Source of the DNA: Eledone cirrhosa
Lineage: Eukaryota
DNA length: 64,000 nt
Direction: 5' to 3'
Assembly: GCA_964016885.1 (NCBI GenBank)
Contig: OZ024757.1
Coordinates: forward strand, 35,216,001 to 35,280,000
The position numbers and the translations under genes are program-made. Within the stretch, counting starts at the first letter, position 1. Each line of letters opens with the position of its first letter. Below the pieces are notes generated by a model. It saw only the letters and a program-made list of their open reading frames with translations, did not search any database and was not told where the DNA came from. Below, piece by piece: positions 36,754 through 51,271 of the stretch.

Positions 36754-37194
36754 CAGTATAATTATACAAATATGCATATAGATAGCAATATATATACACA
36801 AATATGTATGTACATATTTACACATATGTACATATATATAGGGAGAGAGAGAGACACATGTATGTATATATATATACACATGCGTGTATGCATGTGTGTT
36901 TATGTACATTCTTCGGTATATATATCGGTATACACATTGGAGACACAGAGAGAGAGAGTTGAAACGAGAGGTGAGAGAGAGAGTTGAAACGAGGAGAGAG
37001 TTGAAACGAGGAGAGAGTTTAAACAAGAGGGTGAGGGGAGAGAGGATGAGAGAGAGAGAGAGGAAGAGAGAGAGAGGGGATGAGAGAGAGGAAGAGAGAG
37101 AGAGAGGGGAAGAGAGAGAGAGGGAGAGAAGGGGATGAAACAAGAGGGTGAGGGATGAAACAACAGAGAGAGGGGAGAGAAAGAGAGAGGGGAT

Positions 37195-37229
<35 letters not shown>

Positions 37230-37966
37230 ATTGAAACAAGAGAGAGATGAAACAAGTGAGGGATTAGGGAGAGATGAAACAAGTGAGGGATTAGAGTGTT
37301 GAAACAAGAGAGAGAGAGTGAGATGAAATGAGAGAAAGAGAGTGAGATGAAATGAGAGAGTGAGAGCGTGATGAAACGAGACAGGGAGAGCGAGATGAAA
37401 TGAGAGAGTGAGAGCGAGATGAAACGAGAGAGTGAGAGCGAGATGAAACGAGAGAGAGAGAGAGCGAGATGACACGAGACAGAGAGAGCGAGATGAAATG
37501 AGAGAGAGAGAGAACGAGATGAAATGAGAGAGAGAGAGAGCGAGATGAAATGAGACATAGAGAGATGAAACGAGAGAGAGATGAAACGAGAAAGAGAGGA
37601 AACGAGAGAGTGGAAACAAGAGTAGAGAGCGAGATGAAACAGGAGTGAGAGAGCGAGATGAAACAGGAGAGAGAGAGCGAGATGAAACGAGAGGGAGAGA
37701 GAGATGAAACGAGAGAGCGAGAGAGAGATAGAGGGAAATGAAACGACAGAGAGAGAGACAGATGAAACGAGGGATATAGAGATGAAACGAGAGAGAGAGA
37801 TGAAACGAGAGAGAGGAAGAGAGAGATAGAACGAGAGAGAGGAAGAGAGAGATGAAACGAGAGAGAGGAAGACAGAGGTGAAACGAGACAGAGAGAGAGC
37901 GAGATGAAACGAGAGAGAGAGCGAGATGAAACGAGAGAGAGGAAGAGAGAGAGCGCGAGATGAAAC

Positions 37967-38187
37967 TCTGTCATGGACATATCTGCCCCTGGGGCTAATA
38001 ATTGTCATGTAATGTTATGGACATCTCTGCCCCTGTGGCTAATAATTCTGTCATGTAATGTTATGGACAACTCTGCCCCTGTGGCTGATAATTCTGTCAT
38101 GTAATGTTATGGACATCTCTGCCCCTGTGGCTAATAATTCTGACATGTAATGTTATGGACATCTCTGCCCCTGTGGCTAATAATTCT
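37967..38187 (+). repeat. 46-bp minisatellite array (about 5 units)
   Basis: Tandem units. Confidence 0.95.
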
Positions 38188-39851
38188 GAGAGAGATGAAA
38201 CAAGTGAGGGATTAGAGAGAGATGAAACAAGTGAGGGATTAGAGTGTTGAAACAAGAGAGAGAGAGGAAGAGAGAGTGAGAGCGAAATCAAACGAGAGAG
38301 AGCGAGATGAAATGAGAGAGTGAGAGCGAGATGAAACGAGAGAGAGAGAGAGAGAGCGAGATGAAATGAGAGAGAGAGAGAGCGAGATGAAATGAGAGAG
38401 AGAGAGCGAGATGAAACGAGACAGAGAGAGTGGGATGAAACGAGACAGAGAGAGCGAGAGCGAGATGAAACGAGACAGAGAGTGAGATGAAACGAGAGAG
38501 AGAGAGCGAGATGAAATGAGAGAGAGAGAGCGAGATGAAATGAGAGAGAGAGAGCGAGATGAAACGAGACAGAGAGAGCAAGATGAAACGAGAGTGGGAG
38601 AGCTAGATGAAACGAGAGAGAGAGGAAACGAGAGAGAGAGAGAGGAAACGAGAGAGAGGAAACGAGAGTAGAGAGCGAGATGAAACAGGAGAGAGAGAGC
38701 GAGATGAAACAGGAGAGAGAGAGCGAGATGAAACGAGAGGGAGAGAGAGATGAAACGAGAGAGCGAGAGAGAGATCGAGGGAGATGAAACGACAGAGAGA
38801 GAGACAGATGAAACGAGGGAGATAGAGATGAAACGAGAGAGAGAGATGAAACGAGAGAGAGGAAGAGAGAGATGGACCGAGAGAGAGGAAGTCAGAGATG
38901 AAACGAGAGAGAGAGAGAGAGCAAGATGAAACGAGAGAGAGAGATGAAACGAGAGAGAGGAAGAGAGAGATGGAACGAGAGAGAGGAAGAGAGAGATGGA
39001 ACGAGAGAGAGGAAGCCAGAGATGAAACGAGAGAGAGAGAGAGAGAGATGAAACGAGAGAGAGGAAGAGAGAGAGAGCGCAAGATGAAACGAGAGCGAGA
39101 GAGCGAGATGAAACGAGAGAGAGGAAGAGAGAGAGCGCGAGATGAAACGAGAGAGAGGAAGAGAGAGAGCGCGAGATGAAACGAGAGAGAGAGAGAGCGA
39201 GATGAAATGAGAGAGTGAGAGTGAGATGAAACGAGAGAGAGAGAGAGAGCGAGATGAAATGAGAGAGAGAGAGCGAGATGAAATGAGAGAGAGAGAGCGA
39301 GATGAAACGAGACAGAGAGAGCGGGATGAAACGAGACAGAGAGATCGAGATGAAATGAGAGAGAGAGAGCAAGATGAAATGAGAGAGAGAGAGCGAGATG
39401 AAACGAGAGAGTGAGATCGAGATGGAACGAGTCAGAGAGAGCGAGATGAAACGAGAGAGAGGAAACGAGAGAGAGAGGAAACGAGAGAGAGGAAACGAGA
39501 GAGAGGAAACGAGAGAGAGGAAACGAGAGTAGAGAGCAAGATGAAACAGGAGAGAGAGAGAGCGAGATGAAATCGGAGAGAGAGAGCGAGATGAAACGAG
39601 AGGGAGGGAGAGATGAAACGAGAGAGCGAGAGAGAGATAGAGGGAGATGAAACGAGAGAGTGACAGCTAGATGAAACGAGAGAGAGAGGAATAGAGAGAT
39701 GGAACGAGAGAGAGGAAGACAGATATGAAACGAGAGAGAGAGAGAGCGAGATGAAACGAGAGAGAGGAAGAGAGAGAGCGCGAGATGAAATGAGAGAGAG
39801 AGAGAGCGAGATGAAACGTGAGAGAGGAAGAGAGAGAGCGCGAGATGAAAG

Positions 39852-40264
39852 TCTGTCATGTAATGTTATGGACATATCTGCCCTTGGGGCTAATAATTGT
39901 CATTTAATGTTATGGACATATCTGCCCTTGGGGCTAATAATTGTCATGTAATGTTATGGATATCTCTGCCCCTGTGGCTAATAATTCTGTCATGTAATGT
40001 TATGGACATCTCTGCCCCTGTGGCTAATAATTCTGTCATGTAATGTTATGGACATCTCTGCCCCTGTGGCTAATAATTCTGTCATGTAATGTTATGGACA
40101 TCTCTGCCCCTGTGGCTAATAAATCTGACATGTAATGTTATGGACATCTGTGCCCCTGTGGCTAATAAATCTGTCATGTAATGTTATGGACATCTCTGCC
40201 CCTGTGGCTAATAATTCTGACATGTAATGTTATGGACATCTCTGCCCCTGTGGCTAATAATTCT
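39852..40264 (+). repeat. 46-bp minisatellite array (about 9 units)
   Basis: Tandem units, same variant type as the array at 18638. Confidence 0.95.
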
Positions 40265-41697
40265 GAGAGAGATGAAACAAGTGAGGGATTAGAGAGAGAT
40301 GAAACAAGTGAGGGATTAGAGTGTTGAAACAAGAGAGAGGAAGAGAGAGTGAGAGCGAGATCAAACGAGAGAGAGAGAGCGAGATGAAATGAGAGAGAGA
40401 GAGCGAGATGAAACAAGACAGAGAGAACGGGATGAAACGAGACAGAGAGAGCGAGAGCGAGATGAAACGAGACAGAGAGAGCGAGATGAAACGAGAGAGA
40501 GAGAGCGAGATGAAATGAGAGAGAGAGAGCGAGTTGAAATGAGAGAGAGAGAGCGAGATGAAACGAGAGAGTGAGAGCGAGATGGAACGAGAGAGAGAGA
40601 GAGATCGAGATGAAATGAGAGAGAGAGAGCGAGATGAAATGAGAGAGAGAGAGCGAGGTGAAACGAGACAGAGAGAGCGGGATGAAACGAGACAGAGAGA
40701 GCGAGAGCGAGATGAAACGAGACAGAGAGAGCGAGATGAAACGAGAGAGAGAGAGCGGGATGAAATGAGAGAGAGAGAGCGAGATGAAATGAGAGAGAGA
40801 GAGCGAGATGAAACGAGAGAGTGAGAGCGAGGTGGAACGAGAGAGAGAGAGAGAGAGCGAGATGAAACGAGACAGAGAGAGCGGGATGAAACGAGACAGA
40901 GAGAGCGAGAGCGAGATGAAACGAGACAGAGAGAGCGAGATGAAACGAGAGAGAGAGAGCGAGATGAAATGAGAGAGTGAGAGCGAGATGAAACGAGAGA
41001 GAGAGAGAGAGCGAGATGAAATGAGAGAGAGAGAGCGAGATGAAACGAGACAGAGAGAGCGGGATGAAACGAGACAGAGAGAGCGAGAGCGAGATGGAAC
41101 GAGACAGAGAGAGCGAGATGAAACGAGAGTGGGAGAGCTAGATGAAACGAGAGAGAGAGGAAACGAGAGAGAGAGAGAGGAAACGAGAGAGACGAAACGA
41201 GAGAGAGGAAACGAGAGTAGAGAGCGAGATGAAACAGGAGAGAGAGAGCGAGATGAAACAGGAGAGAGAGAGCGAGATGAAACGAGAGGGAGGGAGAGAT
41301 GAAACGAGAGAGCGAGAGAGAGATCGAGGGAGATGAAACGACAGAGAGAGAGACAGATGAAACGAGGGAGATAGAGATGAAACGAGAGAGAGAGATGAAA
41401 CGAGAGAGAGGAAGAGAGAGATGGAACGAGAGAGAGGAAGTCAGAGATGAAACGAGAGAGAGAGAGAGAGCAAGATGAAACGAGAGAGAGAGATGAAACG
41501 AGAGAGAGGAAGAGAGAGATGGAACGAGAGAGAGGAAGAGAGAGATGGAACGAGAGAGAGGAAGACAGATATGAAACGAGAGAGAGAGAGAGCGAGATGA
41601 AACGAGAGAGAGGAAGAGAGAGAGCGCGAGATGAAATGAGAGAGAGAGAGAGCGAGATGAAACGAGAGAGAGGAAGAGAGAGAGCGCGAGATGAAAG

Positions 41698-42064
41698 TCT
41701 GTCATGTAATGTTATGGACATATCTGCCCTTGGGGCTAATAATTGTCATTTAATGTTATGGACATATCTGCCCTTGGGGCTAATAATTGTCATGTAATGT
41801 TATGGATATCTCTGCCCCTGTGGCTAATAATTCTGTCATGTAATGTTATGGACATCTCTGCCCCTGTGGCTAATAATTCTGTCATGTAATGTTATGGACA
41901 TCTCTGCCCCTGTGGCTAATAATTCTGTCATGTAATGTTATGGACATCTCTGCCCCTGTGGCTAATAAATCTGACATGTAATGTTATGGACATCTGTGCC
42001 CCTGTGGCTAATAAATCTGTCATGTAATGTTATGGACATCTCTGCCCCTGTGGCTAATAATTCT
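41698..42064 (+). repeat. 46-bp minisatellite array (about 8 units)
   Basis: Tandem units, same variant type as the array at 18638. Confidence 0.95.
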
Positions 42065-43842
42065 GAGAGAGATGAAACAAGTGAGGGATTAGAGAGAGAT
42101 GAAACAAGTGAGGGATTAGAGTGTTGAAACAAGAGAGAGGAAGAGAGAGTGAGAGCGAGATCAAACGAGAGAGAGAGAGCGAGATGAAATGAGAGAGAGA
42201 GAGCGAGATGAAACAAGACAGAGAGAACGGGATGAAACGAGACAGAGAGAGCGAGAGCGAGATGAAACGAGACAGAGAGAGCGAGATGAAACGAGAGAGA
42301 GAGAGCGAGATGAAATGAGAGAGAGAGAGCGAGATGAAATGAGAGAGAGAGAGCGAGATGAAATGAGAGAGAGAGAGTGAGATGAAACGAGACAGAGAGA
42401 GCGAGAGCGAGATGAAACGAGACAGAGAGAGCGAGATGAAACGAGAGAGAGAGAGCGGGATGAAATGAGAGAGAGAGAGCGAGATGAAATGAGAGAGAGA
42501 GAGCGAGATGAAATGAGAGAGAGAGAGCGAGATGAAACGAGAGAGTGAGAGCGAGATGGAACGAGACAGAGAGAGCGAGATGAAACGAGAGTGGGAGAGC
42601 TAGATGAAACGAGAGAGAGAGGAAACGAGAGAGAGAGGAAACGAGAGAGACGAAACGAGAGAGAGGAAACGAAAGTAGAGAGCGAGATGAAACAGGAGAG
42701 AGAGAGCGAGATGAAACAGGAGAGAGAGAGCGAGATGAAACAGGAGAGAGATAGCGAGATGAAACGAGAGGGAGAGAGAGATGAAACGAGAGAGCGAGAG
42801 AGAGATAGAGGGAGATGAAACGACAGAGAGAGAGACAGATGAAACGAGGGAGATAGAGATGAAACGAGAGAGAGGAAGAGAGAGATGGAACGAGAGAGAG
42901 GAAGAGAGAGATGGAACGAGAGAGAGGAAGACAGAGATAAAACGAGAGAGAGAGAGAGAGCAAGATGAAACGAGAGAGAGAGAGCGAGATGAAATGAGAG
43001 AGTGAGAGCGAGATGAAACGAGAGAGAGAGAGAGAGCGAGATGAAATGAGAGAGAGAGAGCGAGATGAAATGAGAGAGAGAGAGCGGGATGAAACGAGAC
43101 AGAGAGAGCGAGAGCGAGATGAAACGAGATAGAGAGAGTGAGATGAAACGAGAGAGAGAGAGTGAGATGAAATGAGAGAGAGAGAGCGAGATGAAATGAG
43201 AGAGAGAGAGCGAGATGAAACGAGAGAGTGAGAGCGAGATGGAACGAGACAGAGAGAGCGAGATGAAACGAGAGTGGGAGAGCTAGATGAAACGAGAGAG
43301 AGAGGAAACGAGAGAGAGAGAGAGGAAACGAGAGAGACGAAACGAGAGAGAGGAAACGAGAGTAGAGAGCGAGATGAAACAGGAGAGAGAGAGCGAGATG
43401 AAACAGGAGAGAGAGAGCGAGATGAAACGAGAGGGAGAGAGAGATGAAACGAGAGAGCGAGAGAGAGATCGAGGGAGATGAAACGACAGAGAGAGAGACA
43501 GATGAAACGAGGGAGATAGAGATGAAACGAGAGAGAGAGATGAAACGAGAGAGAGGAAGAGAGAGATGGAACGAGAGAGAGGAAGTCAGAGATGAAACGA
43601 GAGAGAGAGAGAGAGCAAGATGAAACGAGAGAGAGAGATGAAACGAGAGAGAGGAAGAGAGAGATGGAACGAGAGAGAGGAAGAGAGAGATGGAACGAGA
43701 GAGAGGAAGACAGATATGAAACGAGAGAGAGAGAGAGCGAGATGAAACGAGAGAGAGGAAGAGAGAGAGCGCGAGATGAAATGAGAGAGAGAGAGAGCGA
43801 GATGAAACGAGAGAGAGGAAGAGAGAGAGCGCGAGATGAAAG

Positions 43843-44163
43843 TCTGTCATGTAATGTTATGGACATATCTGCCCTTGGGGCTAATAATTGTCATTTAATG
43901 TTATGGACATATCTGCCCTTGGGGCTAATAATTGTCATGTAATGTTATGGATATCTCTGCCCCTGTGGCTAATAATTCTGTCATGTAATGTTATGGACAT
44001 CTCTGCCCCTGTGGCTAATAATTCTGTCATGTAATGTTATGGACATCTCTGCCCCTGTGGCTAATAAATCTGACATGTAATGTTATGGACATCTGTGCCC
44101 CTGTGGCTAATAAATCTGTCATGTAATGTTATGGACATCTCTGCCCCTGTGGCTAATAATTCT
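43843..44163 (+). repeat. 46-bp minisatellite array (about 7 units)
   Basis: Tandem units, same variant type as the array at 18638. Confidence 0.95.
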
Positions 44164-46025
44164 GAGAGAGATGAAACAAGTGAGGGATTAGAGAGAGATG
44201 AAACAAGTGAGGGATTAGAGTGTTGAAACAAGAGAGAGGAAGAGAGAGTGAGAGCGAGATCAAACGAGAGAGAGAGAGCGAGATGAAATGAGAGAGAGAG
44301 AGCGAGATGAAACAAGACAGAGAGAACGGGATGAAACGAGACAGAGAGAGCGAGAGCGAGATGAAACGAGACAGAGAGAGCGAGATGAAACGAGAGAGAG
44401 AGAGCGAGATGAAATGAGAGAGAGAGAGCGAGATGAAATGAGAGAGAGAGAGCGAGATGAAACGAGAGAGTGAGAGCGAGATGGAACGAGAGAGAGAGAG
44501 AGAGCGAGATGAAATGAGAGAGAGAGAGCGAGATGAAACGAGAGAGTGAGAGCGAGATGGAACGAGACAGAGAGAGCGAGATGAAACGAGAGTGGGAGAG
44601 CTAGATGAAACGAGAGAGAGAGGAAACGAGAGAGAGAGGAAACGAGAGAGACGAAACGAGAGAGAGGAAACGAGAGTAGAGAGCGAGATGAAACAGGAGA
44701 GAGAGAGCGAGATGAAACAGGAGAGAGATAGCGAGATGAAACGAGAGGGAGAGAGAGATGAAACGAGAGAGCGAGAGAGAGATAGAGGGAGATGAAACGA
44801 CAGAGAGAGAGACAGATGAAACGAGGGAGATAGAGATGAAACGAGAGAGAGGAAGAGAGAGATGGAACGAGAGAGAGGAAGAGAGAGATGGAACGAGAGA
44901 GAGGAAGACAGAGATGAAACGAGAGAGAGATAGAGAGCAAGATGAAACGAGACAGAGAGAGCGGGATGAAACGAGACAGAGAGAGCGAGAGCGAGATGAA
45001 ACGAGACAGAGAGAGCGAGATGAAACGAGAGAGAGAGAGCGGGATGAAATGAGAGAGAGAGAGCGAGATGAAATGAGAGAGAGAGAGCGAGATGAAACGA
45101 GAGAGTGAGAGCGAGGTGGAACGAGAGAGAGAGAGAGAGAGCGAGATTAAACGAGACAGAGAGAGCGGGATGAAACGAGACAGAGAGAGCGAGAGCGAGA
45201 TGAAACGAGACAGAGAGAGCGAGATGAAACGAGAGAGAGAGAGCGAGATGAAATGAGAGAGTGAGAGCGAGATGAAACGAGAGAGAGAGAGCGAGATGAA
45301 ATGAGAGAGAGAGAGCGAGATGAAATGAGAGAGAGAGAGCGAGATGAAACGAGACAGAGAGAGCGGGATGAAACGAGACAGAGGGAGCGAGAGCGAGATG
45401 GAACGAGACAGAGAGAGCGAGATGAAACGAGAGTGGGAGAGCTAGATGAAACGAGAGAGAGAGGAAACGAGAGAGAGAGAGAGGAAACGAGAGAGACGAA
45501 ACGAGAGAGAGGAAACGAGAGTAGAGAGCGAGATGAAACAGGAGAGAGAGAGCGAGATGAAACAGGAGAGAGAGAGCGAGATGAAACAGGAGAGAGAGAG
45601 CGAGATGAAACGAGGGGGAGAGAGAGATGAAACGAGAGAGCGAGAGAGAGATCGAGGGAGATGAAACGACAGAGAGAGAGACAGATGAAACGAGGGAGAT
45701 AGAGATGAAACGAGAGAGAGAGATGAAACGAGAGAGAGGAAGAGAGAGATGGAACGAGAGAGAGGAAGTCAGAGATGAAACGAGAGAGAGAGAGAGAGCA
45801 AGATGAAACGAGAGAGAGAGATGAAACGAGAGAGAGGAAGAGAGAGATGGAACGAGAGAGAGGAAGAGAGAGATGGAACGAGAGAGAGGAAGACAGATAT
45901 GAAACGAGAGAGAGAGAGAGCGAGATGAAACGAGAGAGAGGAAGAGAGAGAGCGCGAGATGAAATGAGAGAGAGAGAGAGCGAGATGAAACGAGAGAGAG
46001 GAAGAGAGAGAGCGCGAGATGAAAG

Positions 46026-46392
46026 TCTGTCATGTAATGTTATGGACATATCTGCCCTTGGGGCTAATAATTGTCATTTAATGTTATGGACATATCTGCC
46101 CTTGGGGCTAATAATTGTCATGTAATGTTATGGATATCTCTGCCCCTGTGGCTAATAATTCTGTCATGTAATGTTATGGACATCTCTGCCCCTGTGGCTA
46201 ATAATTCTGTCATGTAATGTTATGGACATCTCTGCCCCTGTGGCTAATAATTCTGTCATGTAATGTTATGGACATCTCTGCCCCTGTGGCTAATAAATCT
46301 GACATGTAATGTTATGGACATCTGTGCCCCTGTGGCTAATAAATCTGTCATGTAATGTTATGGACATCTCTGCCCCTGTGGCTAATAATTCT
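46026..46392 (+). repeat. 46-bp minisatellite array (about 8 units)
   Basis: Tandem units, same variant type as the array at 18638. Confidence 0.95.
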
Positions 46393-48380
46393 GAGAGAGA
46401 TGAAACAAGTGAGGGATTAGAGAGAGATGAAACAAGTGAGGGATTAGAGTGTTGAAACAAGAGAGAGGAAGAGAGAGTGAGAGCGAGATCAAACGAGAGA
46501 GAGAGAGCGAGATGAAATGAGAGAGAGAGAGCGAGATGAAACAAGACAGAGAGAACGGGATGAAACGAGACAGAGAGAGCGAGAGCGAGATGAAACGAGA
46601 CAGAGAGAGCGAGATGAAACGAGAGAGAGAGAGCGAGATGAAATGAGAGAGAGAGAGCGAGATGAAATGAGAGAGAGAGAGCGAGATGAAACGAGAGAGT
46701 GAGAGCGAGATGGAACGAGAGAGAGAGAGAGAGAGAGATGAAATGAGAGAGAGAGAGCGAGATGAAATGAGAGAGAGAGAGCGAGATGAAACGAGACAGA
46801 GAGAGCGGGATGAAACGAGACAGAGAGAGCGAGAGCGAGATGAAACGAGACAGAGAGAGCGAGATGAAACGAGAGACAGAGAGCGGCATGAAATGAGAGA
46901 GAGAGAGCGAGATGAAATGAGAGAGAGAGAGCGAGATGAAACGAGAGAGTGAGAGCGAGATGGAACGAGACAGAGAGAGCGAGATGAAACGAGAGTGGGA
47001 GAGCTAGATGAAACGAGAGAGAGAGGAAACGAGAGAGAGAGGAAACGAGAGAGACGAAACGAAAGAGAGGAAACGAGAGTAGAGAGCGAGATGAAACTGC
47101 AGAGAGAGAGCGAGATGAAACAGGAGAGAGATAGCGAGATGAAACGAGAGGGAGCGAGAGATGAAACGAGAGAGCGAGAGAGAGATAGAGGGAGATGAAA
47201 CGACAGAGAGAGAGACAGATGAAACGAGGGAGATAGAGATGAAACGAGAGAGAGGAAGAGAGAGATGGAACGAGAGAGAGGAAGAGAGAGATGGAACGAG
47301 AGAGAGGAAGACAGAGATGAAACGAGAGAGAGAGAGAGAGCAAGATGAAACGAGAGAGAGAGATTAAACGAGAGAGAGGAAGAGAGAGATGGAACGAGAG
47401 AGAGGAAGAGAGAGATGGAACGAGAGAGAGGAAGACAGAGAGCGCAAGATGAAACGAGAGAGAGAGAGAGAGAGAGCGAGATGAAACGAGAGAGAGGAAG
47501 AGAGAGAGCGCGAGATGAAACGAGAGAGAGGAAGTGAGAGAGCGCGAGATGAAACGAGAGAGAGAGAGCGAGATGAAATGAGTGAGTGAGAGTGAGATGA
47601 AACGAGAGAGAGAGAGAGAGAGCGTGATGAAATGAGAGAGAGAGAGCGAGATGAAATGAGAGAAAGAGAGTGAGATGAAATGAGAGACTGAGAGCGAGAT
47701 GAAACGAGACAGGGAGAGCGAGATGAAATGAGAGAGTGAGAGCGAGATGAAACGAGAGAGTGAGAGCGAGATGAAACGAGAGAGAGAGAGAGCGAGATGA
47801 CACGAGACAGAGAGAGCGAGATGAAATGAGAGAGAGAGAGAGAGAGAGAGAGCGAGATGAAACGAGAGAGAGAGTGCGAAATGAAACGAGAGTGAGAGAG
47901 CGAGATGAAACGAGAGAGTGAGAGCGAGATGAAATGAGAGAGAGAGAGAACGAGATGAAATGAGAGAGAGAGAGAGCGAGATGAAATGAGACATAGAGAG
48001 ATGAAACGAGAGAGAGATGAAACGAGAAAGAGAGGAAACGAGAGAGTGGAAACAAGAGTAGAGAGCGAGATGAAACAGGAGTGAGAGAGCGAGATGAAAC
48101 AGGAGAGAGAGAGCGAGATGAAAAGAGAGGGAGCGAGAGATGAAACGAGAGAGCGAGAGAGAGATAGAGGGAAATGAAACGACAGAGAGAGAGACAGATG
48201 AAACGAGGGATATAGAGATGAAACGAGAGAGAGATATGAAACGAGAGAGAGGAAGAGAGAGATAGAACGAGAGAGAGGAAGAGAGAGATGAAACGAGAGA
48301 GAGGAAGACAGAGATGAAACGAGAGAGAGAGAGAGCGAGATGAAACGAGAGAGAGGAAGAGAGAGAGCGCGAGATGAAAC

Positions 48381-49016
48381 TCTGTCATGGACATCTCTGC
48401 CCATGTGGCTAATAATTCTGTCATGTAATGTTATGGACAACTCTGCCCCTGTGGCTATTAATTCTGTCATGTAATGTTATGGACATCTCTGCCCCTGTGG
48501 CTAATAATTCTGACATGTAATGTTATGGAATCTCTGCCCCTGTGGCTAATAAATCTGTCATGTAATGTTACGGACATCTCTGCCCCTGTGGCTAATAAAT
48601 CTGTCATGTAATGTTATGGACATCTCTGCCCCTGTGGCTAATAATTCTGACATGTAATGTTATGGACATCTCTGTCCCTGTGGCTAATAATTCTGACATG
48701 TAATGTTATGGACATCTCTGCCCCTGTGGCTAATAATTCTGACATGTAATGTTATGGACATCTGTGCCCCTGTGGCTAATAATTCTGACATGTAATGTTA
48801 TGGACATCTCTGCCCCTGTGGCTAATAATTCTGACATGTAATGTTATGGACATCTCTGTCCCTGTGGCTAATAATTCTGACATGTAATGTTATGGACATC
48901 TCTGCCCCTGTGGCTAATAATTCTGACATGTAATGTTATGGACATCTGTGCCCCTGTGGCTAATAATTCTGACATGTAATGTTATGGACATCTCTGCCCC
49001 TGTGGCTAATAATTCT
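48381..49016 (+). repeat. 46-bp minisatellite array (about 14 units)
   Basis: Tandem units with an internal 184-bp duplication. Confidence 0.95.
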
Positions 49017-51271
49017 GAGAGAGATGAAACAAGTGAGGGATTAGAGAGAGATGAAACAAGTGAGGGATTAGAGTGTTGAGACAAGAGAGAGGAAGAGAGA
49101 GTGACAGCGAGATCAAACGAGAGAGAGAGAGCGAGATGAAATGAGAGAGAGAGAGCGAGATGAAACAAGACAGAGAGAGCGGGATGAAACGAGACAGAGA
49201 GAGCGAGAGCGAGATGAAACGAGACAGAGAGAGCGAGATGAAACGAGAGAGAGAGAGCGAGATGAAATGAGAGAGAGAGAGCGAGATGAAATGAGAGAGA
49301 GAGAGCGAGATGAAACGAGAGAGTGAGAGCGAGATGGAACGAGAGAGAGCGAGAGAGAGCGAGATGAAATGAGAGAGAGAGAGCGAGATGAAACGAGAGA
49401 GTGAGAGCGAGATGGAACGAGAGAGAGCGAGAGAGAGCGAGATGAAATGAGAGAGAGAGAGCGAGATGAAATGAGAGAGAGAGAGCGAGATGAAACGAGA
49501 CAGAGAGAGCGGGATGAAACGAGACAGAGAGAGCGAGAGCGAGATGAAACGAGACAGAGAGAGCGAGATGAAACGAGAGAGAGAGAGCGGGATGAAATGA
49601 GAGAGAGCGAGATGAAATGAGAGAGAGAGAGCGAGATGAAACGAGAGAGTGAGAGCGAGATGGAACGAGACAGAGAGAGCGAGATGAAACGAGAGTGGGA
49701 GAGCTAGATGAAACGAGAGAGAGAGGAAACGAGAGAGACGAAACGAGAGAGTGGAAACGAGAGTAGAGAGCGAGATGAAACAGGAGAGAGAGAACGAGAT
49801 GAAACAGGAGAGAGATAGCGAGATGAAACGAGAGGGAGAGAGAGATGAAACGAGAGAGCGAGAGAGAGATAGAGGGAGATGAAACGACAGAGAGAGAGAC
49901 AGATGAAACGAGGGAGATAGAGATGAAACGAGAGAGAGGAAGAGAGAGGAAGAGAGAGATGGAACGAGAGAGAGGAAGACAGAGATGAAACGTGAGAGAG
50001 ACAGAGCAAGATGAAACGAGAGAGAGAGATTAAACGAGAGAGAGGAAGAGAGAGATGGAACGAGAGAGAGGAAGAGAGAGATGGAACGAGAGAGAGGAAG
50101 ACAGAGATGAAACGAGAGAGAGAGAGATCGAGATGAAACGAGAGAGAGGAAGAGAGAGAGCGCAAGATGAAACGAGAGAGAGAGAGAGAGAGCGAGATGA
50201 AACGAGAGAGAGGAAGAGAGAGAGCGCGAGATGAAACGAGAGAGAGTAAGAGAGAGAGCGCGAGATGAAACGAGAGAGTGATAGCGAGATGAAATGAGAG
50301 AGAGAGAGAACGAGATGAAATGAGAGAGAGAGAGAGCGAGATGAAATGAGACATAGAGAGATGAAACGAGAAAGAGAGGAAACGAGAGAGTGGAAACAAG
50401 AGTAGAGAGCGAGATGAAACAGGAGTGAGAGAGCGAGATGAAACAGGAGAGAGAGAGCGAGATGAAACGAGAGGGAGCGAGAGATGAAACGAGAGAGCGA
50501 GAGAGACATAGAGGGAAATGAAACGACAGAGAGAGAGACAGATGAAACGAGGGATATAGAGATGAAACGAGAGAGAGATATGAAACGAGAGAGAGGAAGA
50601 GAGAGATAGAACGAGAGAGAGGAAGAGAGAGATGAAACGAGAGAGAGGAAGACAGAGGTGAAACGAGAGAGAGAGAGAGCGAGATGAAACGAGAGAGAGG
50701 AAGAGAGAGAGAGCGCAAGATGAAACGAGAGAGAGAGAGCGAGATGAAACGAGAGAGAGGAAGAGAGAGAGCGCGAGATGAAACGAGAGAGAGGAAGAGA
50801 GAGAGCGCGAGATGAAACGAGAGAGAGAGAGCGAGATGAAATGAGAGAGTGAGAGTGAGATGAAACGAGAGAGAGAGAGAGAGCGAGATGAAATGAGAGA
50901 GAGAGAGCGAGATGAAATGAGAGAGAGAGAGCGAGATGAAACGAGACAGAGAGAGCGGGATGAAACGAGACAGAGAGATCGAGATGAAATGAGAGAGAGA
51001 GAGCAAGATGAAATGAGAGAGAGAGAGCGAGATGAAACGAGAGAGTGAGATCGAGATGGAACGAGTCAGAGAGAGCGAGATGAAACGAGAGTGAGAGCTA
51101 GATGAAACGAGAGAGAGGAAACGAGAGAGAGAGGAAACGAGAGAGAGGAAACGAGAGAGAGGAAACGAGAGTAGAGAGCAAGATGAAACAGGAGAGAGAG
51201 AGAGCGAGATGAAACGAGAGAGAGAGCGAGATGAAACGAGAGAGAGGAAGAGAGAGAGCGCGAGATGAAAC

